A stretch of DNA of 64,000 nucleotides from Candidatus Uhrbacteria bacterium (GTDB taxonomy: Bacteria > Patescibacteriota > Patescibacteriia > UBA9934): NCBI GenBank assembly GCA_963822405.1, contig CAWGHH010000001.1, forward strand, positions 293,373 through 357,372, in the 5' to 3' direction. The first letter of the stretch is position 1. Each line of letters starts with the position of its first letter. A program made the position numbers and the translations under genes. The notes beneath the pieces were generated by a model. That model did not search any database. It was not told where the DNA came from and was given only the letters and a program-made list of their open reading frames with translations. Below, in pieces: positions 36,501 through 45,967 of this stretch.

Positions 36501-37106
36501 CCGGACAAGACACTGATCAAAGTATGCGGTGTCATCGCAGCTGTTAAACAGATTTATACTAAGGCCAAGAACGAGCCGATGGCCTTTGTTCGCATCGAGG
36601 ATCCGAGCGGGGGAGTAGAATGCGTAGTCTTCCCAAAAACCTACGTCATTGTCCGCGAAAAGCTGAATCCCGACACTTTCGTCGTCATAACCGGCAAGGT
36701 CTCCGTTCGCAAACGCGAAGAATCCGATATCGAAGAGCATTCAATTCTGGTCGACGGCGTCATTTCATTCACGGAGGCCGAAATCCCTGAAATCGCCGGG
36801 ATGCTCGGGGCTGGCGGATTTGATGCAGAGCGGCCCGCGGCGCAGCGTAGGGATTTGGCGGCGCCAAATCCGTACACCGCGGTCGTGTCCGCATTCACCA
36901 TCAAAGTCCCCGATCGCCCCTCAAATGAAATGATCATGAAATTGCGCGACATCTTCCGCGCCTCTCCCGGCACCGTTCGCGTACATCTCGAAGTCATGAG
37001 CGCCGGCGAACCCAAGAAAATCGCTACCGAGTACTGCATTTCCGCCACTCGCGAAGTCGCCCGCAAGGTCGGAGAGATAGTGGGGGAGGAAAACGTGAAA
37101 TATTAG
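33567..37106 (+). CDS. dnaE: DNA polymerase III alpha subunit
   Basis: 1179 aa. N-terminal PHP domain (FVYLHNHSHYSLLEA). Pol III alpha core. C-terminal OB fold. Confidence 0.9.
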   Translation: MESKDFVYLHNHSHYSLLEALPKPKAIVKRAKELGMNAVALTDNANLYGAVEFFKACKDAEMKPILGVDMYVAQHRMTDKRARVDDRPYRLVLLIENEEGYRNICKIVTAGFLEGFYYKPRVDKEYLRAHSKGLIALSGAVAGEVPNAASNGDMEKAKTLIAEYQDIFGKENFFLEMIHHPDMPRQVEVNEAFRKLSAETGAPLVVTRNTFYLDTEDREGYEAQLCIQRGRTLEEYRRTSTEEIDLSFGEPAEMFEAFADTPEAFENTRKIADRINFQMELGKNFLPNFPLPEGKTDADVLHELCIKGLKFRYADPIPPHVMERFEFEYSTIVKMGFPSYFLIVQDYIVWAKDHGVLVGPGRGSAAGSIVAYALKITDIDPLAYGLLFERFLNPDRISLPDIDTDFADTGRGKVLEYVTQKYGADHVAGIITFGTLMPRAAIRDASRVLGLSFQEADVIAKVVPPPVQGKQTPLKVAIVESPDLHMMYEGNPMARRVLDLAMKLEGNPRHASQHACGIVIGDRPLVERAPLQGGQHEDMALITQYSLNSSEAAGLVKMDFLGLSNLTVIEDAMAIIKAVTGDVIDIDTINLKDPKVFALLGRAETTGVFQLESDGMKRYIKELQPSAFEDIIAMVSLYRPGPMQFIDSYIRRKHGLERVVYEHPLMENAFKETYGIPVYQEQVMQVSKDLAGFTGGEADSLRKAMGKKIAELMAKMKVKFVEGAMKNGVKEQVAVKIFQKLEDFAAYGFNKSHAACYAMIAYRTAYLKAYYPECFMAALMNSDAGNIDRITIEVDECTRMGMKVLPPDVNESFAGFAVVKGTRNIRWGLMAIKNVGTEVAELIVKERKTNGDFKDLPDFLARVNSRAFNKKTLEALLKTGAFDKFGDRITLVTNLDSLVMYNKQVNEERERNQSSLFELTPEMNAKKLILRPADPLPKSAMLAWEKELLGLYVSSHPAGLFFDQFSRFVVPTKKINELPDKTLIKVCGVIAAVKQIYTKAKNEPMAFVRIEDPSGGVECVVFPKTYVIVREKLNPDTFVVITGKVSVRKREESDIEEHSILVDGVISFTEAEIPEIAGMLGAGGFDAERPAAQRRDLAAPNPYTAVVSAFTIKVPDRPSNEMIMKLRDIFRASPGTVRVHLEVMSAGEPKKIATEYCISATREVARKVGEIVGEENVKY

Positions 37107-37124
37107 TGATATAATCACGTTACT

Positions 37125-38345
37125 ATGACCGCCTCTCCTCTGAAACGTCCACCAGCTCCGCCACCTCCACCTTCCACTAGGTACGGCGGTGCAAAGTTCG
37201 TAAACGCCGGTAAAAAGCCTTTATCTCGCTCGCTAAGACTCTATCAACGCATTGCGGTTGTCTTTGTTGGCGTCACTTTTCTTCTCCTTTTGTCAGTACT
37301 TTATTTGTCGGTTTCCAGGGCAACTATCAAGATTACTGCAAATCCAAAGTTAATCACCGTAAACGCCGTGGCTGACGTGGTGGCTAATCCAACTATTGAT
37401 GGCCAGATTGCTGGCGCAGTTAAAGAAAAAACGTTTACTGGTTCTAAAACTTTTACTTTGCCAAGCGAGGGTTCACAGGCTGTTGAAGCTAAGGCAACTG
37501 GAACAGTGACGATTACGAACACAACCACGAGCAATCAATTACTTGTGGCGACTACTCGAGTTTTGTCTGACACTGGCGTGTTGTTTAGACTCGACAAGGC
37601 TACAACTGTTCCAGCTAATGGCAAAGTAGACGTTATTGTTCATGCTGACGCTGCTGGAAAGAACGGGGAAATTGCCCCAGCCAAGTTTACTATCCCAGGC
37701 TTGAATGCCACGCTCCAAAAGCAAATTACTGGTTCGAGCGTTGCTCCAATGATTGGTGGCGTGGTGTATGTTCGATCATTGACTGATAAAGACATTGCAG
37801 ACGCTGTTTCAGCTTTGTCTACTGATCTAGTTAAGCAGGCCGGCGACGAATTTAGCCAAGGACTCGACGCTTCATTAAATGGCGTTTCCTTGAAGTCGAG
37901 CATCCTCGACCAAAAAACTGATGTTCCAGTTGGCACACAGACTGGCTCGTTTACTTTGACGTTATCAATGGATGTGACCGGCGTTTACTACCAGGGCGAC
38001 CTTGTGAAAACCTATGCGCAAAACTTATTCGAGAAGCGCATTCCAGAGGGCTACGAGGCGACTAAGATTAACCTAGATGGCATGCAAGCTAAAGTAGAAG
38101 CTTCAGACGCTAAGGTAGGCGAGGCACGCATTACAATCTACCTAGACGGCAACGCTCGTCTTTCTCTCGAATCTTCCGCCCTCAGTAAAGACCGCTTCAC
38201 TGGCCGCTCGCCAAACGAGGTTTTGACCCTTCTAAAATCAAACGAAGGCATCCGTGAAGTCACCGTATCTTTCACTCCATTCTGGCTGAAACGCGTACCG
38301 ACTTTGAAGGATCATATAAAGATTGAGATTGTTGATCCTAAATAG
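37125..38345 (+). CDS. hypothetical membrane-anchored extracytoplasmic protein (Pro-rich N-terminus, one TM helix, Thr/Val-rich beta-rich body)
   Basis: 406 aa. PPAPPPPPS. TM helix VVFVGVTFLLLLSVLYLSV. No catalytic motif. Its stop TAG is the first TAG of the following repeat. Confidence 0.35.
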   Translation: MTASPLKRPPAPPPPPSTRYGGAKFVNAGKKPLSRSLRLYQRIAVVFVGVTFLLLLSVLYLSVSRATIKITANPKLITVNAVADVVANPTIDGQIAGAVKEKTFTGSKTFTLPSEGSQAVEAKATGTVTITNTTTSNQLLVATTRVLSDTGVLFRLDKATTVPANGKVDVIVHADAAGKNGEIAPAKFTIPGLNATLQKQITGSSVAPMIGGVVYVRSLTDKDIADAVSALSTDLVKQAGDEFSQGLDASLNGVSLKSSILDQKTDVPVGTQTGSFTLTLSMDVTGVYYQGDLVKTYAQNLFEKRIPEGYEATKINLDGMQAKVEASDAKVGEARITIYLDGNARLSLESSALSKDRFTGRSPNEVLTLLKSNEGIREVTVSFTPFWLKRVPTLKDHIKIEIVDPK

Positions 38346-38372
38346 GGTGTAGGAAGTAGGGTGTGGGGTGTA
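38343..38372. repeat. left inverted repeat copy (TAGGGTGTAGGAAGTAGGGTGTGGGGTGTA)
   Basis: Same GGGTGTAGG family as 8402-8427. Contains multiple TAGs. Confidence 0.6.
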
Positions 38373-38425
38373 TCAGAACCATACACCTCACATTCTTTTC
38401 TTTTCACTCGCTTTTTGCTACCTTT

Positions 38426-38459
38426 CATACACCCTACTCCCTATACGCTACCCCCTATG
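38426..38459. repeat. right inverted repeat copy (CATACACCCTACTCCCTATACGCTACCCCCTATG), ending in the thrS ATG
   Basis: Near-identical to 12828-12860. Separated from the left copy by only about 53 bp. Confidence 0.65.
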
Positions 38460-40200
38460 TCCCCCCAAGAACTCGAGCATCGCCGACACTCACTTGCTCA
38501 CTTGCTTGCAGCTGCAGTCCTCGAGCTGTACCCAGATGCAAAGCGTACGATTGGCCCAGCGATCGACGATGGTTTTTATTATGATTTCCAGTTTTCGACG
38601 CCTATCTCGGAAACGGATTTGCCAGCCATTCAGAAGCAGATGCGCAAGATGTTGACCATGTTTAAGTCGTTCGATCGAACCGAGATCACTCGCGAAGAAG
38701 CTGAGAAATTGTTCGTCGATAATCCTTTCAAACTAGAGCTCATTCGTGAGTTCGCAACAGAGGGGCAGACTTTGTCGCTTTACACCTCCGGAACGTACGT
38801 CGACCTCTGTCGCGGCGGACATGATGAGGATCTGTCACATATTGATGTGAACTCGTTCAAGTTGTCTAAGCTCGCCGGCGCGTACTGGAGAGGTGACGAG
38901 AAGAACGCGCAGCTGACCCGCATTTACGGACTCGCGTTTGGTTCGGCCAAAGAACTTGAGGCTTATGAGAAGATGCAGGAAGAGGCTAAAAAGCGTGATC
39001 ACCGTAAGCTTGGCGTTGAGCTTGATCTCTTTGCGTTCTCACCACTCGTTGGTCCTGGTTTGCCGCTGTTCACTCCTCGAGGAACTCTCTTGCGCGAGGG
39101 ACTGACTAACTTCGTTTGGGCGCTCATGAAGCCATATGGCTATCAGAAAGTGAACATCCCACACATGGCTAAGGCTGATCTTTATAAGACTTCCGGCCAC
39201 TGGGATAAATTTGCGGACGACATCTTCCATGTTTCGAGCAAAAAAACAGATGAAATTTTCGTGTTGAAGCCAATGAACTGTCCGCACCACACCCAAATTT
39301 ACGCGTCAAAGCCTCGCAGCTATCGAGATCTTCCACTTCGGTTCTCCGAAGTTACGACTGTGTATCGCGACGAGAACACTGGCCAGCTCCAGGGCTTATC
39401 GAGAGTACGCTCGATCACGCAGGATGACGCTCACGTGTTCTGCCGAATGGATCAGGTCAAAGACGAGGCTAGAGCCATCTACGAGATCATCACGAAGTTC
39501 TATAAGGCGTTCGACATGCCACTCAAGATTCGGTTGTCGACTAATGATCCAGCCAAGCCAGAAGCATATCTTGGTGGTCCAGAAGTTTGGGAGAAGGCCG
39601 TTGGTACGCTCAAAGAATTGTTGACCGATCTCGGTCGCGAATACTTCATCGGGGTAGGGGAGGCGGCATTCTACTGGGCCGAAGCTCGACTTCATCGCTA
39701 CAGACGCAATCGGTCGTGAATGGCAGTTGGCTACAGTTCAGCTCGACTTTAATCTTCCGGAGCGTTTTGAGCTCGAGTACACAGATTCCGACAACACCAA
39801 GAAGCGTCCAGTCATGGTTCACCGCGCTATTCTTGGCTCCGTAGAGCGTTTCATCGGCATCATGATTGAGCACTACGCCGGCGCCTTCCCATTTTGGCTC
39901 GCCCCTGAACAGGTTCGCCTAGCCACAGTGAACGAAGCCTTCGCACCATTCGCCGTCGAACTCAGAAATGAGCTTGACGCCGCCGGTATCCGCGTTATGT
40001 TAGACGACTCCTCAGAAAAACTCGGCAAAAAAATCCGCGACGCCGCCATTGTCAAAGTCCCTTGGACGATCGTCATTGGCGAAAAAGAAGCTCAAGGTGG
40101 CGACTTCCAGGTGAAAGTCTTTGGATCAGAAAATCCGCTCAGCATCAGCCAAGCGGATCTCCTGACGCACGTAACCGACCTCTCTAAACTCCCTGTTTAA
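38457..40200 (+). CDS. thrS: threonine--tRNA ligase lacking the N-terminal TGS domain; reading frame interrupted by a +1 frameshift near 39675
   Basis: ORF-track 38361-39719 plus 39727-40200. Likely start MSPQELEHRRHS at 38457 (HxxxH zinc motif of the N2 domain). Class II motifs (NCPHHTQIY, QDDAHVF). After ...EAAFY the 0 frame reads WAEARLHRYRRNRS*, while the +1 frame reads GPKLDFIATDAIGREWQLATVQLDFNLPERFELEY, the conserved ThrRS sequence continuing into the anticodon-binding domain. Confidence 0.8.
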
Positions 40201-40549
40201 GCATTGCTACTTCCGCCTTCTCAATACTCTTAGCTGCCTTGTTCGTAATCTTCACTATCTTTTCAGTGGCTTCATTAGCGGCCTTCAGGTACGTGTCAGC
40301 GGCTTTTGCCACAGCTGACGAGTACATGTTGACCGCTTTTTGAATTTCAATGTCATCGTCTTCGTCTACCGTAATTCCTGTTCGACCAAAAGCATCATTT
40401 TCAAGTGCTCTCATGGCGCTTTTAATGCTCTCGATTAAAATCGGCGTCACGCCTTCTCTCTCTAATCTAGTTTTATAGTATTTTCGCATCTGTTCCGGCA
40501 ACGGCGCCCGATCCAGAATAGCCTGAATTTTTTCTTTTGCGGTTTCCAT
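40184..40549 (-). CDS. hypothetical protein (helical, 121 aa)
   Basis: ORF only. First gene of a three-gene minus-strand cluster. Confidence 0.3.
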   Translation of the reverse strand: METAKEKIQAILDRAPLPEQMRKYYKTRLEREGVTPILIESIKSAMRALENDAFGRTGITVDEDDDIEIQKAVNMYSSAVAKAADTYLKAANEATEKIVKITNKAAKSIEKAEVAMLKQGV

Positions 40550-40557
40550 AGTATGTA

Positions 40558-41931
40558 TTAGGCGGCGGCTGGTTCTTTTGTCTCTGCAACAACTTGATCA
40601 AGTTCTTCTTGGGCATCTTGCCATTTTTGAGCTTCGAGAAGAGCTTTCTGTTTCTTTTCTAGCGCAGTTTTTTCTGCTTTAGCTTGTTCGGTGTCTGACC
40701 TCAACCCATTGATGCCAGCTTCGATTCGTTTATTGAGAGCATGAAGTCCTGCCAGAGTGGACATGCGTCTACCACTCTTTATTTGTTCTCGTTTCGCTAG
40801 GTCTTTTGCTAGTTGAGCCTTTTCTGCCTGACTAACATCACTTTCTTCGTTATTCACAACTGTTTCGACGGAGGTTTCGTTTGGCTGGTCAAAATCGGAT
40901 GACTCGCCATTACCCGCGAATAACTTGGAGAACATTTCTTCGGCGGCTGTGACGTTTTGTTGACGAACAACTTTTGCTAATTTTGCATTTTCTTTCGTCA
41001 TCTTTTCGACCATTCCCTCATGTGCTTTTCGTATACTTTCGGCTGTACCGAAAATTTCTTCGCCATCGGCCAGTTCAGCGACCACCATCTCGATAATTTG
41101 AGGTTTTTCTGGTGTGACTGCTGGTTCGGTTTCGCTGGCTGGTTTTTCGATGATCTCGGCGGGGATGACTACTTCTGGTCCCAACGCGTTGGCCCAATCA
41201 ACGCCTTTCTCTTGTCCGGTCAGAATATTTTTCAACCAAACCATTTCTTCTCCGGCGCGTTTGATAGTGGCGCTGATTGTTTCTTTTGGCAGCTGGAACG
41301 GAATCCGTAACTCTTTTATCTCTGCAAGGCTCGGAGCCTGTTCTTCTTCGGCGTCGGATCCGCCCGCGATGTCATTAGCAAAAAGCCTGGCTCGTTCTGT
41401 GACTTGCGTGCCAGCTCCAAGTGCCTTTGTGAGGAATTTTGTAGTTCGTCCTGAGAAAAGTTTTCCTGCTTTGACTACTTTATCTGCAAGTAATTTATTC
41501 GTCGCTTCCACGGCCGCGAGGGTATCGCCTAAAAATCTTTCGCCGCGTTGTTCTGGACTCTCGGTAAGTTTTACTTCAGCTTGTTCGGCTAGCTCCTGTT
41601 TGAGGGCACTGGTTTCGATTGATTCTGCTACCAGTTGTGGCACTCCCTCTTTATCTATCGCGTATGCCATTTCTGTTACACCATCATCACCAGCTTCAAG
41701 AACAGTCGCCTCGCGTTTTCCTCCACTTCTCTCAATTGATAATCGGGCACCTTCTTCGATTTTTTGAGCACGTATTTCCGCCGTTTCCGTGGCTCGTCGC
41801 GCCAATTCGGCTTTGGCTTTGGCTACGGTTCCTTCACCTTCTGGAACTCCAGTTTTGGAATTATATTCTCGAGGAGGCGCTCCAGCTATCCCGTCAAAAC
41901 CATTCGGATATTTGTACATTCTCATAAGCAT
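40558..41931 (-). CDS. hypothetical highly charged Ala/Glu/Lys-rich coiled-coil protein (457 aa)
   Basis: ORF only. No TM helices and no catalytic motif. Confidence 0.35.
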   Translation of the reverse strand: MLMRMYKYPNGFDGIAGAPPREYNSKTGVPEGEGTVAKAKAELARRATETAEIRAQKIEEGARLSIERSGGKREATVLEAGDDGVTEMAYAIDKEGVPQLVAESIETSALKQELAEQAEVKLTESPEQRGERFLGDTLAAVEATNKLLADKVVKAGKLFSGRTTKFLTKALGAGTQVTERARLFANDIAGGSDAEEEQAPSLAEIKELRIPFQLPKETISATIKRAGEEMVWLKNILTGQEKGVDWANALGPEVVIPAEIIEKPASETEPAVTPEKPQIIEMVVAELADGEEIFGTAESIRKAHEGMVEKMTKENAKLAKVVRQQNVTAAEEMFSKLFAGNGESSDFDQPNETSVETVVNNEESDVSQAEKAQLAKDLAKREQIKSGRRMSTLAGLHALNKRIEAGINGLRSDTEQAKAEKTALEKKQKALLEAQKWQDAQEELDQVVAETKEPAAA

Positions 41932-41939
41932 TGTTAATT

Positions 41940-43685
41940 CTAAAACGTATTATCTACTTCAACACCGATCGCAGTCCAAAATTTGTTAATTAATTTTCTG
42001 AGTGGATTGCGCTTTAATGCCTCTTCTGACGCGCCACTTGAGCCACCTCCTGTTCTCGCCTCCGCTTTCATTGCTGATCTAGTGGTAGCCATGGTTTTGG
42101 CTGGAGTTGGTTTTACTTCTGGTTTCGTTGGTTGCGCTTCTCGAGCAGGGGCAAGATCTGGATGCATCGCAGCCAGCTGTTCTGGAGTTATGTTTGATTT
42201 TATAGCGCGAGGCATCTCGATTTTGTTAGCGGCGGTCCTTCTCTCACTAGCAAGAATCGCGTCCGACACGATTTTGGTTTCGGCTTGTTTTTTTGTAACT
42301 TCTCGTCGAGCTCGAATTTTCCGTGCACGGGCTTCAACTATACCCAGTTTTTCCTCAGATTTTTTTAGTCGAGCCGCACCTTCTTCTGGGGTAATGTCTG
42401 ATGTGACCTCATCTTCAATTGCCTCTGGCATGTTTGCCAGCTGCTGCTTGATAGTTCTTGGGGCGACAGGAGTTATATTTGCGTCTGGGTTGTATTGACG
42501 GGTGACCTGTTCATGGAACGAACTTGGCTTATCTATTGTTTCTACTACCTCCGGAGTGTTATTGACGTCATATTCCTCAATCATAACCGGGATCGGTGTG
42601 GCGAGGCTCTTTTTCTTTGCTTGAGCCTTGGCTGACTTGGCTTTGAATTCTTGCCAGGCTGGGCCAACATCGTTTGTGGCTTGTAGTACCGCGTCTCGTT
42701 CTGCGTTACGTAATGCGTTAAGATCATCAAGGAGAATTTGTTCGTTAAATTGCAATTCTTTAATTGACAGCGGAACGTTATCTATATAGGAAGTCGCAAA
42801 GTAAAGATCATGCAGAAAATTACTCTGGATGGTTTCTAGGGAAAGTTTCTTGCTAGTTTTTGCGGATGAAACGGTGGTCTCTCCATGGACAAGAATGTTC
42901 CATATTCTTTCGTTACTGACCATTGACGCGGTTACTGGAATTGTAGCTGTTATTATCTCGGTTGGTTTCGTGCCACCAAATTGAACCGCTTTGAAACCGG
43001 CATTAATCACTTTTTCACATTCTTTTCTGGCTACAGCTTGAGAGTCTTCAGTTCCTCGCTCATACATTAGATGATCTCTCGTTACTTCATTTAGTGCTCT
43101 AGCAATAGTCGAGTAATCAATCTCGAAATAGTCTTTTCCTATGTCTTTTAAGGCTACGGCCTTTACCTCGCTTTTTGCCAGTTGCGCCGCTGCCTCATAG
43201 GAGAGCTTCTCATCTCTATGCATGAGAGCGGCAAATTCTAAAATACGGCCTTTATTTTCTTTTAGATATTTATCGAGCTTGGTGTATTCCTCTGATTCTT
43301 CCTTGTGTTCGACGAGTAGAGAGGTGATAATGTCCCAGGCTTTTCCTTTGCTAAATTTTTCTGTAGCCTCGAATAAAGCTTTTTCAGCCTCGTATTCTGC
43401 TTTAGTGAATGGGGTTGCTCCACGTCGTCCGTCTCCAGAGCTGACCAAGAAAACTTTATCGCCTTTTTTTAGACGTCCAGAAACGTCTTCTTCTAGGGTG
43501 ACTGGAACAGCTGTCCAGGTTTCTGTTTCCCCATTGTTTCCAAGCCTTTTAAAGTCAGGCAGTTTTGGCTCTGAGGGTTCGGGAGACTTAATGGTTTCTG
43601 GGGTTGGAGCCTCTATTCTTGATTGAGGAGTAGGACGGGGAAATTTCTCTGTAACCTCAGCTTTTTTTTGTTGTTCGTTGGCCAT
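41940..43685 (-). CDS. hypothetical protein (581 aa)
   Basis: ORF only. Charged termini and a globular middle. 9-bp spacing to the downstream gene. Confidence 0.35.
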   Translation of the reverse strand: MANEQQKKAEVTEKFPRPTPQSRIEAPTPETIKSPEPSEPKLPDFKRLGNNGETETWTAVPVTLEEDVSGRLKKGDKVFLVSSGDGRRGATPFTKAEYEAEKALFEATEKFSKGKAWDIITSLLVEHKEESEEYTKLDKYLKENKGRILEFAALMHRDEKLSYEAAAQLAKSEVKAVALKDIGKDYFEIDYSTIARALNEVTRDHLMYERGTEDSQAVARKECEKVINAGFKAVQFGGTKPTEIITATIPVTASMVSNERIWNILVHGETTVSSAKTSKKLSLETIQSNFLHDLYFATSYIDNVPLSIKELQFNEQILLDDLNALRNAERDAVLQATNDVGPAWQEFKAKSAKAQAKKKSLATPIPVMIEEYDVNNTPEVVETIDKPSSFHEQVTRQYNPDANITPVAPRTIKQQLANMPEAIEDEVTSDITPEEGAARLKKSEEKLGIVEARARKIRARREVTKKQAETKIVSDAILASERRTAANKIEMPRAIKSNITPEQLAAMHPDLAPAREAQPTKPEVKPTPAKTMATTRSAMKAEARTGGGSSGASEEALKRNPLRKLINKFWTAIGVEVDNTF

Positions 43686-43775
43686 AGCAAAATATTGGCG
43701 AGTAATTACTTATAGTATACATCAGTTGACAAAATGCTACTTTTCTGCTAGTTTTAGCCACATGCAGGAGGATGC

Positions 43776-44438
43776 ATGTCACAGAATCCGAACTTCAAAT
43801 TACTAGATTTCAATGGAAAATGTACGCACCGACCCGCCGGAATCAAGGATCAACCGGCCGAAGTCATCAATTTTGAGGATCGTTTGATCGCACGGGCAAC
43901 CAAGCGGGTCATGGCGGGCTCGATCAAGGAGCGACCCATTCCGGAGAAACTGACTCCGGCCCACAGGGCCAACATCCGCGCTCACGAATTCCAGCGGAAC
44001 TGGCCAAACATTGGTCCGTTCCTGACAGATCTCGTGCGGACGCGCGTGGAGGCGGGGAGGCTGACGGAAGAAGAGTCTGAGTCGCTTGTCTCGGCTGTGG
44101 AAGCCAGGCTTGCTGCCCAGGGATCAGACATTCGTGACCCGATCAAGGACAAGGTCATCGCCGCTCAGGCTGAACTGGCAGAAACCGGATTCACTGATGA
44201 TGGCGAGCGGTCGTTGATCGTTGCTCTCGGCGTCGGTAGCGAACGCCACTACTTCAACCTCACCTTTCGGGACAACTGCCTCTCGGAACTCCTTCCAAAG
44301 GACATGAAGCGCGCCATGTTCGAGGTCAGCACACAGTGGTGCGTCAATTACGAGCCGGTCATCGTCGCGGTCTACCGCTGCGTTCAGGACCAGGTCAGTG
44401 CCAGCTTCAACAAGCGAAAGTCACCATCTTCATGGTGA
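43776..44438 (+). CDS. hypothetical protein (220 aa, relatively GC-rich)
   Basis: ORF followed by a strong GC-rich intrinsic terminator. Confidence 0.35.
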   Translation: MSQNPNFKLLDFNGKCTHRPAGIKDQPAEVINFEDRLIARATKRVMAGSIKERPIPEKLTPAHRANIRAHEFQRNWPNIGPFLTDLVRTRVEAGRLTEEESESLVSAVEARLAAQGSDIRDPIKDKVIAAQAELAETGFTDDGERSLIVALGVGSERHYFNLTFRDNCLSELLPKDMKRAMFEVSTQWCVNYEPVIVAVYRCVQDQVSASFNKRKSPSSW

Positions 44439-44440
44439 CG

Positions 44441-44482
44441 AAAAACGCGGGCTTCCCAGTGGGAAGGCCGCGTTCTTTTTTA
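44441..44482. terminator. bidirectional rho-independent terminator (CGCGGGCTTCCC-AGT-GGGAAGGCCGCG flanked by AAAAA and TTCTTTTTT)
   Basis: 12-bp stem with one mismatch. A-tract upstream and T-tract downstream. Lies between convergent genes. Confidence 0.5.
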
Positions 44483-44860
44483 GGCAGCTTTTTTGAGCTT
44501 CTCAGTTCCGGCTGGGGCTGTCCCTACTTGGCCGTCATATGCATTGATAGCCATTTCTTTGAGCATTTGTAACCTATCTCCGGCTGTTCTTTTTCTTTCT
44601 TCCATTTCCGTTTTTCGTGTTTGCTCGGCGTCTCTTTCGGCTTGAATCGTACTAATGTTCACGGGCTCGTCATCTATAAGCTCAATGTTCGCACCTTCAG
44701 GGAATACTGGTTTTTCTCGAGTAAGAACCATTGGTGCTTCTTCTGCGTCTTCCATAACGGCTTCTGCAGATTTATTTTTGCTTTTTTCTACAGCCGCTTT
44801 ATACACAGCCTCTGCCCTCGCGGCATCTTCTGGTGATGGTCTCGGAATCTCTCTGTTCAT
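44480..44860 (-). CDS. hypothetical charged protein (126 aa)
   Basis: ORF only. Confidence 0.3.
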   Translation of the reverse strand: MNREIPRPSPEDAARAEAVYKAAVEKSKNKSAEAVMEDAEEAPMVLTREKPVFPEGANIELIDDEPVNISTIQAERDAEQTRKTEMEERKRTAGDRLQMLKEMAINAYDGQVGTAPAGTEKLKKAA

Positions 44861-45013
44861 ATGGCCCCATGGTACTTTATGGTTTTTTTGTTATATAGTG
44901 GGATGTACACAGGAGGAGGGGAAAGAGGTATCAGGTTTTGGAGTCTGACCAAAGAATCCAATTCAGTAATTCCCCAACCTTAACCTGACACCTTTGGTTC
45001 TTAGCATTTCATT

Positions 45014-45967
45014 ATGCTTCAACGTCTTATAGTTATTCTCGGTTCCACAGCTTCCGGCAAAACGGATGCTGGTATTGCGGTTGCGCGAGCCGTAGACGGG
45101 GAAGTGATCTGTGCCGATTCACGAACTATTTATAAGGGCATGGACATCGGCACCGCTAAACCTGAAGGGCAACGAAACTGGGGTGTCGGGGTCGACTTCA
45201 ATGTCGACCCACCTAGACTCGGTTCAGAGCGTCCTCTCATGGTGGATGGCGTCCCTCACTGGGGCCTCGACTTGGCTGATCCCGACGAGGTTTACACTGT
45301 TTCCGAGTTTCAGGCCTACGCCGATAAGAAAATCAAGGACATCGTAAAGCGCGGCAAGATGCCAATTTTAGTTGGTGGCACAGGTTTGTATATTCGCGCA
45401 GTAATCGACAGACCGACTTTTGCTGAGGTTCCGCCTAATCCAAATTTCCGCGCCGAGGTCGCAACTTTGAGTGATGCCGAGTTATTCGACGCTGTGGCCG
45501 AGCTTGATCCTGACGGAGCGGCAACACTCGACGAAAAGAACCGCCGACGAGTTGAGCGTGCGCTTGAGATTCTTCGAGGCACTGGAAAAACGCTCGCCGA
45601 GTCACGTTCGTGGGGCGAGAAGATTTATGAGCCGGTGATGATCGGCATGTCTGTGCCTCGAGAGACGTTATTCGATAGACTCGACACACGTGTAGATATT
45701 ATGGTCGCCAAGGGCTTGATCGACGAAGTCCGTAAGCTCCGCGCTAAATATGGCAGCGACGCGCCGGGGATGACCGGCATTGGCTACCGGCAAATTTGCG
45801 AGTTCTTGGACGCCAAGGCTACTCTTAAAGACGCAATAACGCGCATCAAGATTGATACGCGTCATTACGCCAAACGCCAGGAAACTTGGTTCAAACACGA
45901 TTCACGGATTACGTGGGTGACGAGCACGAAAGAAGCGGTGGTCGAGGCTATCCGAGCACGTTCTTAA
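45014..45967 (+). CDS. miaA: tRNA dimethylallyltransferase
   Basis: 317 aa. P-loop ILGSTASGKT. ADSRTIYKGMDIGTAKP (MiaA signature ADSMQVYxGMDIGTAKP). Confidence 0.8.
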   Translation: MLQRLIVILGSTASGKTDAGIAVARAVDGEVICADSRTIYKGMDIGTAKPEGQRNWGVGVDFNVDPPRLGSERPLMVDGVPHWGLDLADPDEVYTVSEFQAYADKKIKDIVKRGKMPILVGGTGLYIRAVIDRPTFAEVPPNPNFRAEVATLSDAELFDAVAELDPDGAATLDEKNRRRVERALEILRGTGKTLAESRSWGEKIYEPVMIGMSVPRETLFDRLDTRVDIMVAKGLIDEVRKLRAKYGSDAPGMTGIGYRQICEFLDAKATLKDAITRIKIDTRHYAKRQETWFKHDSRITWVTSTKEAVVEAIRARS

